DNA from: Lutimonas sp. | Lineage (GTDB): Bacteria; Bacteroidota; Bacteroidia; Flavobacteriales; Flavobacteriaceae | Reading direction: 5' to 3' | DNA: 64,000 bases | Assembly: GCF_051011215.1 (NCBI RefSeq) | Contig: NZ_JBPCUJ010000110.1 | Location: 591 to 64,590 of the forward strand | Part shown: positions 28,651 to 36,025 of the stretch, piece by piece | How the letters are laid out: each line of letters opens with the position of its first letter | Position numbering within the stretch: the stretch's first letter is position 1 | The notes under the pieces: model-generated | What the model was told of the DNA's origin: nothing | Database searches by the model: none | Seen by the model: only the letters and a program-made list of their open reading frames with translations | Made by a program: the position numbers and the translations under genes

Positions 28651-28674
28651 TGTCTAATCTATTTGTCTAATCTA
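28651..28674 (+). repeat. Direct repeat TGTCTAATCTA x2 in the leader of paralog 2
   Basis: 28651-28661 and 28664-28674 are identical to the copies at 28046-28069. Confidence 0.6.
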
Positions 28675-28686
28675 AATTATATAATT

Positions 28687-29028
28687 ATGAAAAATTTAAA
28701 AATCTTCGTTCTAGCCCTTGGTCTTTTTACACTTAATGTATCAGCTGCAAATCTTAACCCAATTAAACCAACAGATGAGCTTCGTGTAGAAATGGTAAAT
28801 TTAATCGGATCCAACTTTATGGAAGAGATGCTGGATGAGGAGTATGCTGCCGACGTGTTATTCACAGTGAACTCAAAAAGAGAACTAATCGTATTGTCGG
28901 TTGACTCTGACAACTCGCAGCTCGAAACCTATTTGAAAAGAAAACTAAACTATAAAAAAGTAAATCACAAGCCTGGAAAACAAGGTGAAATCTACTTATT
29001 ACCTGTTAAAATGGTAAAACAACTTTAA
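28687..29028 (+). CDS. Small secreted protein, unknown family (paralog 2, 113 aa)
   Basis: ATG 28687 gives MKNLKIFVLALGLFTLNVSAA and exactly the same length as paralog 1. The ORF-track start 28663 is a TTG inside the leader repeat. Confidence 0.75.
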   Translation: MKNLKIFVLALGLFTLNVSAANLNPIKPTDELRVEMVNLIGSNFMEEMLDEEYAADVLFTVNSKRELIVLSVDSDNSQLETYLKRKLNYKKVNHKPGKQGEIYLLPVKMVKQL

Positions 29029-29056
29029 TCCACATTAATAAGTTATTTGAAAGGAG

Positions 29057-29085
29057 AAGGTTGGCCGCAAGGTCAACCTTTTTTT
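29057..29085. terminator. Hairpin terminator shared by convergent genes (paralog 2 and tlpA-like)
   Basis: AAGGTTGGCC-GCAA-GGTCAACCTT: a 10-bp stem with one G-T pair and a GNRA-type loop, followed by T7 on the + strand. It overlaps the stop of the minus-strand gene. Confidence 0.7.
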
Positions 29086-29653
29086 ATTCAATAATTTTTT
29101 CCAATAAGTTTCTCACTTTCGAGCTATTCCAATTGGCCGCCCCTACTTTACTCGCTACAATACGACCTGTGGCATCAATTATATAGGTTGTCGGCAAGGA
29201 GTTAGAATCCATTTCAGGGGGTCTGTTACTTACTTGATAGTAGATAGGTAATTCGTATCCATGATCGGAGATAAAGCGCGCTACCTTGTCTGGTTCATCG
29301 TTGGCAACGAAAAGAAACACCACCTTATCACCATAAGCATCATATAATTTTTGAAAACTAGGCATTTCCGCAACACAGGGAGGGCACCAGGTTGCCCAAA
29401 AATTCACCACAACAATCTTATTCTCAAATTGACTAAAATCTATATAGTCTCCTGACATCTTTCTGAGCTGCCATTGATAGTTCTCCAATTTGATTTGCTC
29501 CTTTTTATCTATCTCCATGGAAAATACGCTGGTAGTAATCAAACTGACACCCTTGATCAACGTAGCTCTTACGGGCAAACCATAGGGAGAAAAAAGGAAA
29601 ATAATAAATCCAATGAATAGTATATTGGAAAGATTCTTTTTAATGAAATTCAT
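29084..29653 (-). CDS. TlpA-like thiol:disulfide oxidoreductase (membrane-anchored thioredoxin fold)
   Basis: N-terminal TM anchor (ILFIGFIIFLF) and an FWATWCPPC active site. ATG 29653 is chosen because the ORF-track start at 29686 is a TTG overlapping the upstream gene. Confidence 0.8.
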   Translation of the reverse strand: MNFIKKNLSNILFIGFIIFLFSPYGLPVRATLIKGVSLITTSVFSMEIDKKEQIKLENYQWQLRKMSGDYIDFSQFENKIVVVNFWATWCPPCVAEMPSFQKLYDAYGDKVVFLFVANDEPDKVARFISDHGYELPIYYQVSNRPPEMDSNSLPTTYIIDATGRIVASKVGAANWNSSKVRNLLEKIIE

Positions 29654-29666
29654 AAATAATGCAAAA

Positions 29667-30050
29667 TTACTTCTTGTATAGGGCAATAAAACTGATCAAT
29701 GTATCCTTCTGAGTCCAAACAGTTATGAAACTAAAAACGAAAACCAAAAGTGCTAATCCAAATAATAAACCACCATCTTCCTGCACTTCAATTCCAAGTA
29801 CAAATATATGAGAAAATATAGCGCCACTAATAACTCCCATGCTTAGAATTCCTCCTAACAAAGAAGTTCTTTTGAACAACAATAATCCGGCAACAATCAA
29901 TTCTATAACACCTGTTCCAATTCGACCATAAGGCTCAGCACCTAATTGCTCAAAAATATAAACACTCTCAGGCGCTGCCGTAAATTTAAAAAAAAGTGTT
30001 TGTAATAAAATGAGTGCTGCAAGTACCGAACTAATCCTTTCAATCTTCAT
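29667..30050 (-). CDS. DoxX family membrane protein
   Basis: 127 aa with four hydrophobic helices. Size and pattern are typical of DoxX (recognised from memory). Confidence 0.65.
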   Translation of the reverse strand: MKIERISSVLAALILLQTLFFKFTAAPESVYIFEQLGAEPYGRIGTGVIELIVAGLLLFKRTSLLGGILSMGVISGAIFSHIFVLGIEVQEDGGLLFGLALLVFVFSFITVWTQKDTLISFIALYKK

Positions 30051-30223
30051 GGGTTGTATTTTTTAAAAATTTCTTGATCAGTCGATGCATACTAATTTAA
30101 CTTACAATAATTTTCAAAAAATAAAAAAACTAATACCTTGTATGTCAGTATTATAAAATAATTTATATAAATTAATTAATTAACTTATACAAGACCTTAA
30201 AAACAACATTTAAAAAGTGGTAT

Positions 30224-30907
30224 TTAACTGGCTGGGGCTAAGGAATCTTCTAAAAGAAGGATTTCATTTCTTCTGAAATCTATTACTTTATGATCCTTCA
30301 ATTTATTCATTATCAGATTCAGTGTAGGTCTTGAAGTCCCGATCAAACTGGCAATATCTTTTTGCGTATAAGGATGTTTAATTTTCATTTTACCCGTCTT
30401 TTCACAACAAAAACCATAGTCTTCACACAGTTCAGTCAAAAATTCAAGCAACCTTGTTTCCGTATCTTTAAACATCAATATCTGGAGGCGTCGTTCCAGA
30501 CGCTGTATTCTAAAACTCATAAACTTATATACCTTCAGTGTAAACTTTTGATTATCTTTCATTAGCTCATGAAGCACTGGAACAGCAATCGGGCAAATAC
30601 TGGTTTTATCCGAAAGAGAAACAGCAAATTCATTTCTTTTGTCCATTCCAAGTATGGCTTTTTCTCCAAAGACTTCACCCCGAGTCAGTATTGACTTGAC
30701 AACTTCTCTACCATCTTCGGTGTAATAACCTATTTTCACCTTTCCCTTATCGATCAAATATACCTTCCTCGCAGCGTCTTCCTCGAAATAGATGTAATCT
30801 TTATTGTTGTATAAATTATAGCTGTGATCTTTCTTATAATCCCCATATTTATGTGGACAAAGAATTTTAAATAAGTTGATGTTTTCCAGATACCAGATGC
30901 GTCCCAT
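30224..30907 (-). CDS. Crp/Fnr family transcriptional regulator
   Basis: cNMP-binding beta-roll (GEVFGEKAILG) and a C-terminal HTH (TQKDIASLIGTSRPTLNLIMNKLKD). Confidence 0.85.
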   Translation of the reverse strand: MGRIWYLENINLFKILCPHKYGDYKKDHSYNLYNNKDYIYFEEDAARKVYLIDKGKVKIGYYTEDGREVVKSILTRGEVFGEKAILGMDKRNEFAVSLSDKTSICPIAVPVLHELMKDNQKFTLKVYKFMSFRIQRLERRLQILMFKDTETRLLEFLTELCEDYGFCCEKTGKMKIKHPYTQKDIASLIGTSRPTLNLIMNKLKDHKVIDFRRNEILLLEDSLAPAS

Positions 30908-31013
30908 AGCAGTTCTATTTGCATCTTAGACGAAAAACAATAAGATTATTACAAGAAAAGTCAATTATTCTTATATTTTTCTCAATATTTTTAGGATTCT
31001 ATTAAAAATGTCT

Positions 31014-31045
31014 ATAAAAAAAGCTCCAACAGATGTTGGAGCTTT
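31014..31045 (-). terminator. Rho-independent terminator of the aconitase gene
   Basis: Perfect 10-bp stem AAGCTCCAAC/GTTGGAGCTT with a 4-nt loop. On the minus strand it is followed by a T-run (A-run 31016-31022 on +). It lies 28 nt after the stop. Confidence 0.75.
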
Positions 31046-31072
31046 AACTTTATGAACTAAAACAGTGGCCTG

Positions 31073-33334
31073 TTAAGCATTTTGTTTTTTAATCAAGTTT
31101 AGGGCTGAACCTTCATTATACCATTCTATCTGATTCTGATTATAGGTATGATTCAACATGATAAGATCTTTACTTCCGTTATCATGAACCACCTCTAATG
31201 ATAATTGTTTACCAGGAGCAAACTGATCAAGATCGATAAAATTAAATGTGTCATTCTCCTGAATCAGGTCATAATCATTCTCATTGGCAAAAGTCAAGCC
31301 TAACATTCCTTGCTTTTTTAAATTCGTTTCATGTATTCTTGCAAATGACTTTACAATAACAGCTGCTACACCTAAATGTCTTGGCTCCATTGCAGCATGT
31401 TCTCTGGACGAACCTTCACCATAATTATGATCACCTACTACCACAGAATAAACATCAGCCGCCTTATAGGCTCTGGCTGCATCAGGTACAGGAATATAAT
31501 CTCCTGTTAATTGATTCTTCACGCTATTCGTCTCCATGTTAAAGGCATTCACTGCACCGATTAACAGGTTATTTGAAATATTGTCTAAGTGTCCTCTAAA
31601 TCTCAACCATGGGCCCGCCATAGAAATATGATCAGTTGTACATTTTCCGAAAGCCTTTATCAAAAGTTTTGCTCCCACAACCGTATGCCCGATTGCCTTA
31701 AATGGATTCAAGAGCTGTAATCTTTTAGAATCAACATTCACGACCACATTAATACCTGAACCATCTTCCATTGGCGCCACAAAACCTGGGTCATCAACTT
31801 CAAATCCTTTTGGTGGTAATTCAAAACCTGTCGGCTCATCAAACATCACCTCTTCTCCATCCTGATTCACAAGTTTATCTGTTAAAGGATTAAAATCCAA
31901 TTTACCTGAAATAGCCAAGGCAGCTACCATTTCTGGCGAACCAACAAAGGCATGGGTATTAGGATTCCCGTCAGCTCTTTTCGAAAAGTTTCTATTGAAG
32001 GAATGAACGATAGTGTTTTTTGGCTTACCATCAGCACCAGCTCTGGCCCATTGTCCGATACATGGTCCACAGGCGTTGGTAAATATTTTCGCATTCAGGT
32101 CCTCAAAAATTTCGAGTAAGCCATCTCTTTCTGCCGTATATCTTACCTGCTCTGATCCTGGATTAATTCCAAACTCAGCCTTTGAAACCAATTTCTTATC
32201 AACGGCTTGCTTAGCAATAGAAGCAGCTCTCGAAAGATCTTCATACGAAGAGTTTGTACATGAACCTATCAATCCCCATTCCACATCTAAAGGCCAATCG
32301 TTGGCCACCGCTTTTTTATTCATACCTCCTACCTCTGTTGCAAGGTCCGGAGTAAATGGTCCGTTCAAATGAGGCTTTAAGGTTGAAAGATCAATTTCAA
32401 TCACCTGATCAAAATACTTTTCAGGCTCCGCATATACCTCTTCATCACCTGTTAAATAAGGAGCAACTTCATTCGCTGCATCTGCAATTTCATCTCTATC
32501 TGTCGCTCTCAGGTACCTTTCCATAGAAGCATCATATCCGAAGGTCGACGTAGTAGCTCCAATTTCAGCTCCCATATTACATATGGTCCCCTTACCGGTA
32601 GCTGACAATGCTTTTGCACCCTCTCCAAAATATTCAACAATAGCTCCAGTACCCCCTTTTACAGTTAAGATACCGGCTACTTTAAGAATTACATCCTTTG
32701 GAGCAGTCCAGCCACTCAGCTTTCCTGTTAATTTTACCCCGATTAATTTTGGAAATTTCAATTCCCAAGGCATATCCGCCATTACATCCACTGCATCAGC
32801 ACCTCCAACACCAATCGCAATCATTCCTAATCCACCGGCATTTACTGTATGAGAATCTGTTCCAATCATCATACCACCTGGGAAAGCATAATTTTCAAGT
32901 ACTACCTGATGAATTATTCCTGCACCGGGTTTCCAAAAACCAATTCCATATTTATTCGAAACAGAAGCCAGAAAGTTAAACACTTCACTAGAAGTGTTAA
33001 TTGCTTCCTGTAAATCCTTGTCAGCTCCTATTTTTGCCTGAATCAAGTGATCACAATGCACCGTAGTTGGCACAGCCACTTTTTTCTTTCCGGCCTGCAT
33101 GAATTGCAATAAGGCCATCTGGGCTGTGGCATCCTGACAAGCAATCCTGTCTGGAGCAAAATCAACATAGTCTGTTCCTCTCTTAAAAGATTCCTTTGGA
33201 AGTCCATCCCATAAATGGTTGTATAATATTTTTTCTGATAAGGTCAATGGTCTGCCTACAATGCTTCTTGCGCTATCAACACGCTCAGCCATACGCTCAT
33301 ACACCTTTTTAATCATATCAACATCAAATGCCAT
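31073..33334 (-). CDS. acnA: Aconitate hydratase (about 750-aa mitochondrial-type length)
   Basis: Fe-S cluster ligand motifs [17 protein letters not shown] and [10 protein letters not shown]. Confidence 0.92.
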   Translation of the reverse strand: MAFDVDMIKKVYERMAERVDSARSIVGRPLTLSEKILYNHLWDGLPKESFKRGTDYVDFAPDRIACQDATAQMALLQFMQAGKKKVAVPTTVHCDHLIQAKIGADKDLQEAINTSSEVFNFLASVSNKYGIGFWKPGAGIIHQVVLENYAFPGGMMIGTDSHTVNAGGLGMIAIGVGGADAVDVMADMPWELKFPKLIGVKLTGKLSGWTAPKDVILKVAGILTVKGGTGAIVEYFGEGAKALSATGKGTICNMGAEIGATTSTFGYDASMERYLRATDRDEIADAANEVAPYLTGDEEVYAEPEKYFDQVIEIDLSTLKPHLNGPFTPDLATEVGGMNKKAVANDWPLDVEWGLIGSCTNSSYEDLSRAASIAKQAVDKKLVSKAEFGINPGSEQVRYTAERDGLLEIFEDLNAKIFTNACGPCIGQWARAGADGKPKNTIVHSFNRNFSKRADGNPNTHAFVGSPEMVAALAISGKLDFNPLTDKLVNQDGEEVMFDEPTGFELPPKGFEVDDPGFVAPMEDGSGINVVVNVDSKRLQLLNPFKAIGHTVVGAKLLIKAFGKCTTDHISMAGPWLRFRGHLDNISNNLLIGAVNAFNMETNSVKNQLTGDYIPVPDAARAYKAADVYSVVVGDHNYGEGSSREHAAMEPRHLGVAAVIVKSFARIHETNLKKQGMLGLTFANENDYDLIQENDTFNFIDLDQFAPGKQLSLEVVHDNGSKDLIMLNHTYNQNQIEWYNEGSALNLIKKQNA

Positions 33335-33374
33335 AATAGTCTAATAATTAGTTCTGGTTAAAAATTTTCGTCCC

Positions 33375-33382
33375 CAAAAGTA
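33375..33382 (-). promoter_or_regulatory. -7 box TActTTTG (minus strand) upstream of the aconitase gene
   Basis: The reverse complement of CAAAAGTA is an exact TAnnTTTG match 40 nt upstream of ATG 33334. Confidence 0.4.
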
Positions 33383-33526
33383 CAAAATATATAGGTGATT
33401 TTATAAGATATTCAATGAAAATAGCATCCTATTTATCAATATTTAAAGAAAGGTTGAAATTCTAATTATTCAACAAAATGTATCCCTAAATCTGACCTCA
33501 AATTACGAATTCCATAAAATAAAAAA

Positions 33527-33849
33527 AGTAAGCCAATAAGCCGGATTCTGTTATCCATCAATTGACGGACTCTCATCATTTATCTGGGCCACAAATTACT
33601 TTGCAACTCTAGCTGCTCACCCCTTGAAATCGAACGAGTAGTTCTCTCCCGATAGTATCGGATCTCCAATGTACATAGCATTGCACCGCATAGAGTTTAC
33701 CTGGTTTCACTACAGCCGAACTGTACATACTTTCTGTTGCACTTGTCCTCTCCGATTCATATCGGCGGACGGATGTTATCCGCTATGCTACTCTATGGTG
33801 TCCGGACTTTCCTCCACGTGTAAAAACGCAGCGATAAGATGGCTTACTT
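33527..33849 (-). ncRNA. rnpB: RNase P RNA, bacterial type A
   Basis: The minus strand reads AAGTAAGCC...GGAGGAAAGTCCGGAC...AAGTGCAACAGAAAG...GGTAAACTC...CCCAGATAAATGA...ACAGAATCCGGCTTATTGGCTTACT. The universally conserved P4 and J-region motifs are present, the 5' AAGTAAGCC pairs with the 3' GGCTTACT (P1), and a T-run follows. Ends are accurate to about +/-5 nt. Confidence 0.92.
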
Positions 33850-33857
33850 TATAATGG

Positions 33858-33865
33858 CAAAAGTA
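33858..33865 (-). promoter_or_regulatory. -7 box TActTTTG (minus strand) for rnpB
   Basis: Exact TAnnTTTG match ending about 8 nt upstream of the predicted rnpB 5' end. Confidence 0.45.
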
Positions 33866-33880
33866 GTTTATATAGTTTTC

Positions 33881-33934
33881 AAAAAAAAATCCCACTCTTG
33901 TAAACAAAAGTGGGAAAATTGCTATGAAAAAGAA
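33881..33934 (-). terminator. Terminator module copy 1 (hairpin CCCACT...AGTGGG plus T9) with a conserved 5' flank
   Basis: The minus strand reads TTCTTTTTCATAGCAATTTTCCCACTTTTGTTTACAAGAGTGGGATTTTTTTTT. It shares the flank and stem with the copy at 34043-34090. Confidence 0.6.
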
Positions 33935-34042
33935 TATTACTATAAAAGTAATATAAATAAGACTGTAAAAATACAATATTTAGAATAATATCCTAATCAA
34001 ATTGTTAATTTATTTTAAAAAAAAGATTGACAGAATGCCCAT

Positions 34043-34090
34043 AAAAAAACCCACTCTTAAAAGAGTGGGAAAATTGCTATGAAAAAGAAA
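34043..34090 (-). terminator. Terminator module copy 2, probably the dnaJ terminator
   Basis: The minus strand reads TTCTTTTTCATAGCAATTTTCCCACTCTTTTAAGAGTGGGTTTTTTT, a 9-bp stem plus T7, about 120 nt after the dnaJ stop. Confidence 0.65.
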
Positions 34091-34195
34091 AAGTTACTGA
34101 ATTCTAAAATCCAGCAAAACAAATATAATGAAATTTTCATTAAGAAATTTCATTATTTTCAATTTCTTCCTTATAATAAATTGATTCTTGCGAAG

Positions 34196-35317
34196 TTATG
34201 AAAACATATCCTTCACTTTTTCGAAAAATGATTTTTCAGAAATCGAAGGATTCGGCACAAAATTTTCATGATCTTTCACACTTTCAAAAAACGCTTTTTG
34301 ATCTTTTGACAGTTTTTTCGGAGTCCAGACATTCAAATGCACTAAGATATCTCCATTGCCATATCGATCCAAGCTTGGCAAACCTTTTCCTCTTAATCGA
34401 AGAATTTTTCCACTTTGGGTACCTTCTTCAATTTTAATTCGAACCTTGCCTGTCAAAGTATCAATTTCCTTACTTGAACCTAAAGCGGCCTCTGCAAAAC
34501 TAATATAAAGATCATAGTGAAGGTTGGTACCTTCTCTTTTTAATCTCTCATGTTGAACTTCCTGAATCACAACTAAAATATCTCCAGGTATCCCATCTCC
34601 GGGAGCGTCATTTCCTTTTCCTGACACCTTTAACTGAACACCATCGGTTACCCCTGCTGGAATATCGATTTCAACGGTTTCCTCTTTGGTAATTAATCCA
34701 TTCGCATCTGCACCTTTTGGTCTGTGGTTCACCGTTTTACCTGAACCTTTACATGTAGGGCAAGTTGTAGCCGTTTGCATCCTTCCTAAGATGGTATTGG
34801 TCACCCTCATGACGCTGCCCTGACCGTTACAGGCCGAACAGGTATTATAGGTGACTCCTTCGGCTCTCACCTGACGTTTTACTTTGACTTTTTTACTTAC
34901 GCCGTTCAGGATATCTTTCAATTCAAGTTTCACCCTAATTCTGAGGTTGCTTCCTTTTACCCTGGCCTGTCTTGAACCGCCACCACCAAAACCACCGCCA
35001 AAGCCGCCGCCGAAATGACCCCCAAAAATATCTCCAAACTGACTAAAGATATCGTCCATATTCATACCGCCAAATCCGCCTCCGGCGCCGCCGTTTTCAA
35101 AGGCAGCATGACCGTATTGATCGTATTTCGCTTTTTTCTCCGGGCTGCTTAATATCTCATAAGCCTCAGCTGCCTGCTTGAACCTCTCTTCAGCTGCGCT
35201 ATCACCAGGGTTTTTATCCGGGTGATTCTGTACTGCCTTTTTTCGATAGGCTTTTTTTATTTCATTAGACGTTGCGTTCTTTTCAACTCCTAATATTTCA
35301 TAATAATCCTGCTTCAC
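34196..35317 (-). CDS. dnaJ: Molecular chaperone DnaJ
   Basis: J-domain with HPDKN, Gly/Phe-rich linker, CxxCxGxG motifs (only two: CSACNGQG and CPTCKGSG) and a C-terminal substrate-binding domain. Confidence 0.93.
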   Translation of the reverse strand: MKQDYYEILGVEKNATSNEIKKAYRKKAVQNHPDKNPGDSAAEERFKQAAEAYEILSSPEKKAKYDQYGHAAFENGGAGGGFGGMNMDDIFSQFGDIFGGHFGGGFGGGFGGGGSRQARVKGSNLRIRVKLELKDILNGVSKKVKVKRQVRAEGVTYNTCSACNGQGSVMRVTNTILGRMQTATTCPTCKGSGKTVNHRPKGADANGLITKEETVEIDIPAGVTDGVQLKVSGKGNDAPGDGIPGDILVVIQEVQHERLKREGTNLHYDLYISFAEAALGSSKEIDTLTGKVRIKIEEGTQSGKILRLRGKGLPSLDRYGNGDILVHLNVWTPKKLSKDQKAFFESVKDHENFVPNPSISEKSFFEKVKDMFS

Positions 35318-35346
35318 AAGTGCTCTCTTTTAATTGATCAATACTA

Positions 35347-35928
35347 TTAATTTCCTAGAACCACCTTCGGGAATCTAATGATTGTTTCCCCTAGTTTGTA
35401 TCCTTTTTCGACGGTATCAATAATTTTTCCTTTTAACTTTTTTGATGGTGCAGGAATTTGAGAAATAGCTTCGTGAATCTCTGCATCAAATACATCTCCC
35501 TGCTTTACTTCCATCACCTTCAATCCTTTTTGATTTAAGGTATTTTTAAACTTATTATAAATCAATTGCATTCCTTCGAGCAAGGCTTTGTCAGAAGATT
35601 TTTCAATTTCCTTCAAACCTCTTTCAAAATCGTCCAATATTGGCAATAAAACTGTCATAAGTTCCTTATTGGCCGTACTGAACAATTCTATTCTCTCTTT
35701 TGAAGTACGTTTTTTATAATTTTCAAATTCAGCAAAAAGCCTCAGAAAATTATCTTTCTCCTTCCCTACCTCTAGTTGCAATTTCTCTACTTCCGTCATC
35801 TCAGGTGCAGTGTCAGCCTCAGCCGTATCTCCATTTTCCGTTGATTCATCAGAAACCTGATTTCCCTCAAGGTCCTGATTTTGTATATCTTTTTCTACGT
35901 CTTGTTCTTTATGTTCTTGATTACTCAT
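35347..35928 (-). CDS. grpE: Nucleotide exchange factor GrpE
   Basis: Acidic N-terminus, a coiled-coil FLRLFAEFENYKKR, and a GrpE C-terminal beta domain. Lies directly upstream of dnaJ. Confidence 0.92.
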   Translation of the reverse strand: MSNQEHKEQDVEKDIQNQDLEGNQVSDESTENGDTAEADTAPEMTEVEKLQLEVGKEKDNFLRLFAEFENYKKRTSKERIELFSTANKELMTVLLPILDDFERGLKEIEKSSDKALLEGMQLIYNKFKNTLNQKGLKVMEVKQGDVFDAEIHEAISQIPAPSKKLKGKIIDTVEKGYKLGETIIRFPKVVLGN

Positions 35929-36025
35929 ATAAATACATTTTTATCCTCTTACACCATGGTAAGCAAATTACTTGCCAAGTGTTTAATTGTGTCATATTGT
36001 CACAAAAAATAACTTTGATGATTAT

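Noticed and set aside
30140-30190. AT-only low-complexity tract (…ATAAATTAATTAATTAACTTATA…) between the Crp/Fnr gene and doxX
   Set aside because: This is simple-sequence AT-rich spacer typical of Bacteroidota promoters, with no repeat unit or dyad beyond what its composition would give.
32013-32979. Three plus-strand ORFs of 89-119 aa (32013-32372, 32583-32852, 32698-32979) inside the aconitase gene. Similar antisense ORFs lie inside purL, recG, uvrD, murA, dnaB and the amidohydrolase genes.
   Set aside because: All are fully embedded antisense or out of frame within genes that have strong motif support. Their translations are low-complexity, Ser/Pro/Leu-rich and lack motifs, as expected for shadow ORFs.
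33669-33976. ORFs 33669-33854 (+) and 33788-33976 (-)
   Set aside because: They overlap the RNase P RNA gene and its promoter/terminator region. The RNA assignment explains the conservation-like structure, and the peptides look random or poly-Phe/Ile.
33925-34201. Two short plus-strand ORFs starting at the repeated ...GGGAAAATTGCTATGAAAAAG (10 aa from 33925; about 40 aa from 34079)
   Set aside because: The shared ATGAAAAAG lies inside the conserved flank of the minus-strand terminator module. The two peptides differ in length and sequence after four residues, are Lys/Asn-rich, and have no signal or TM character.
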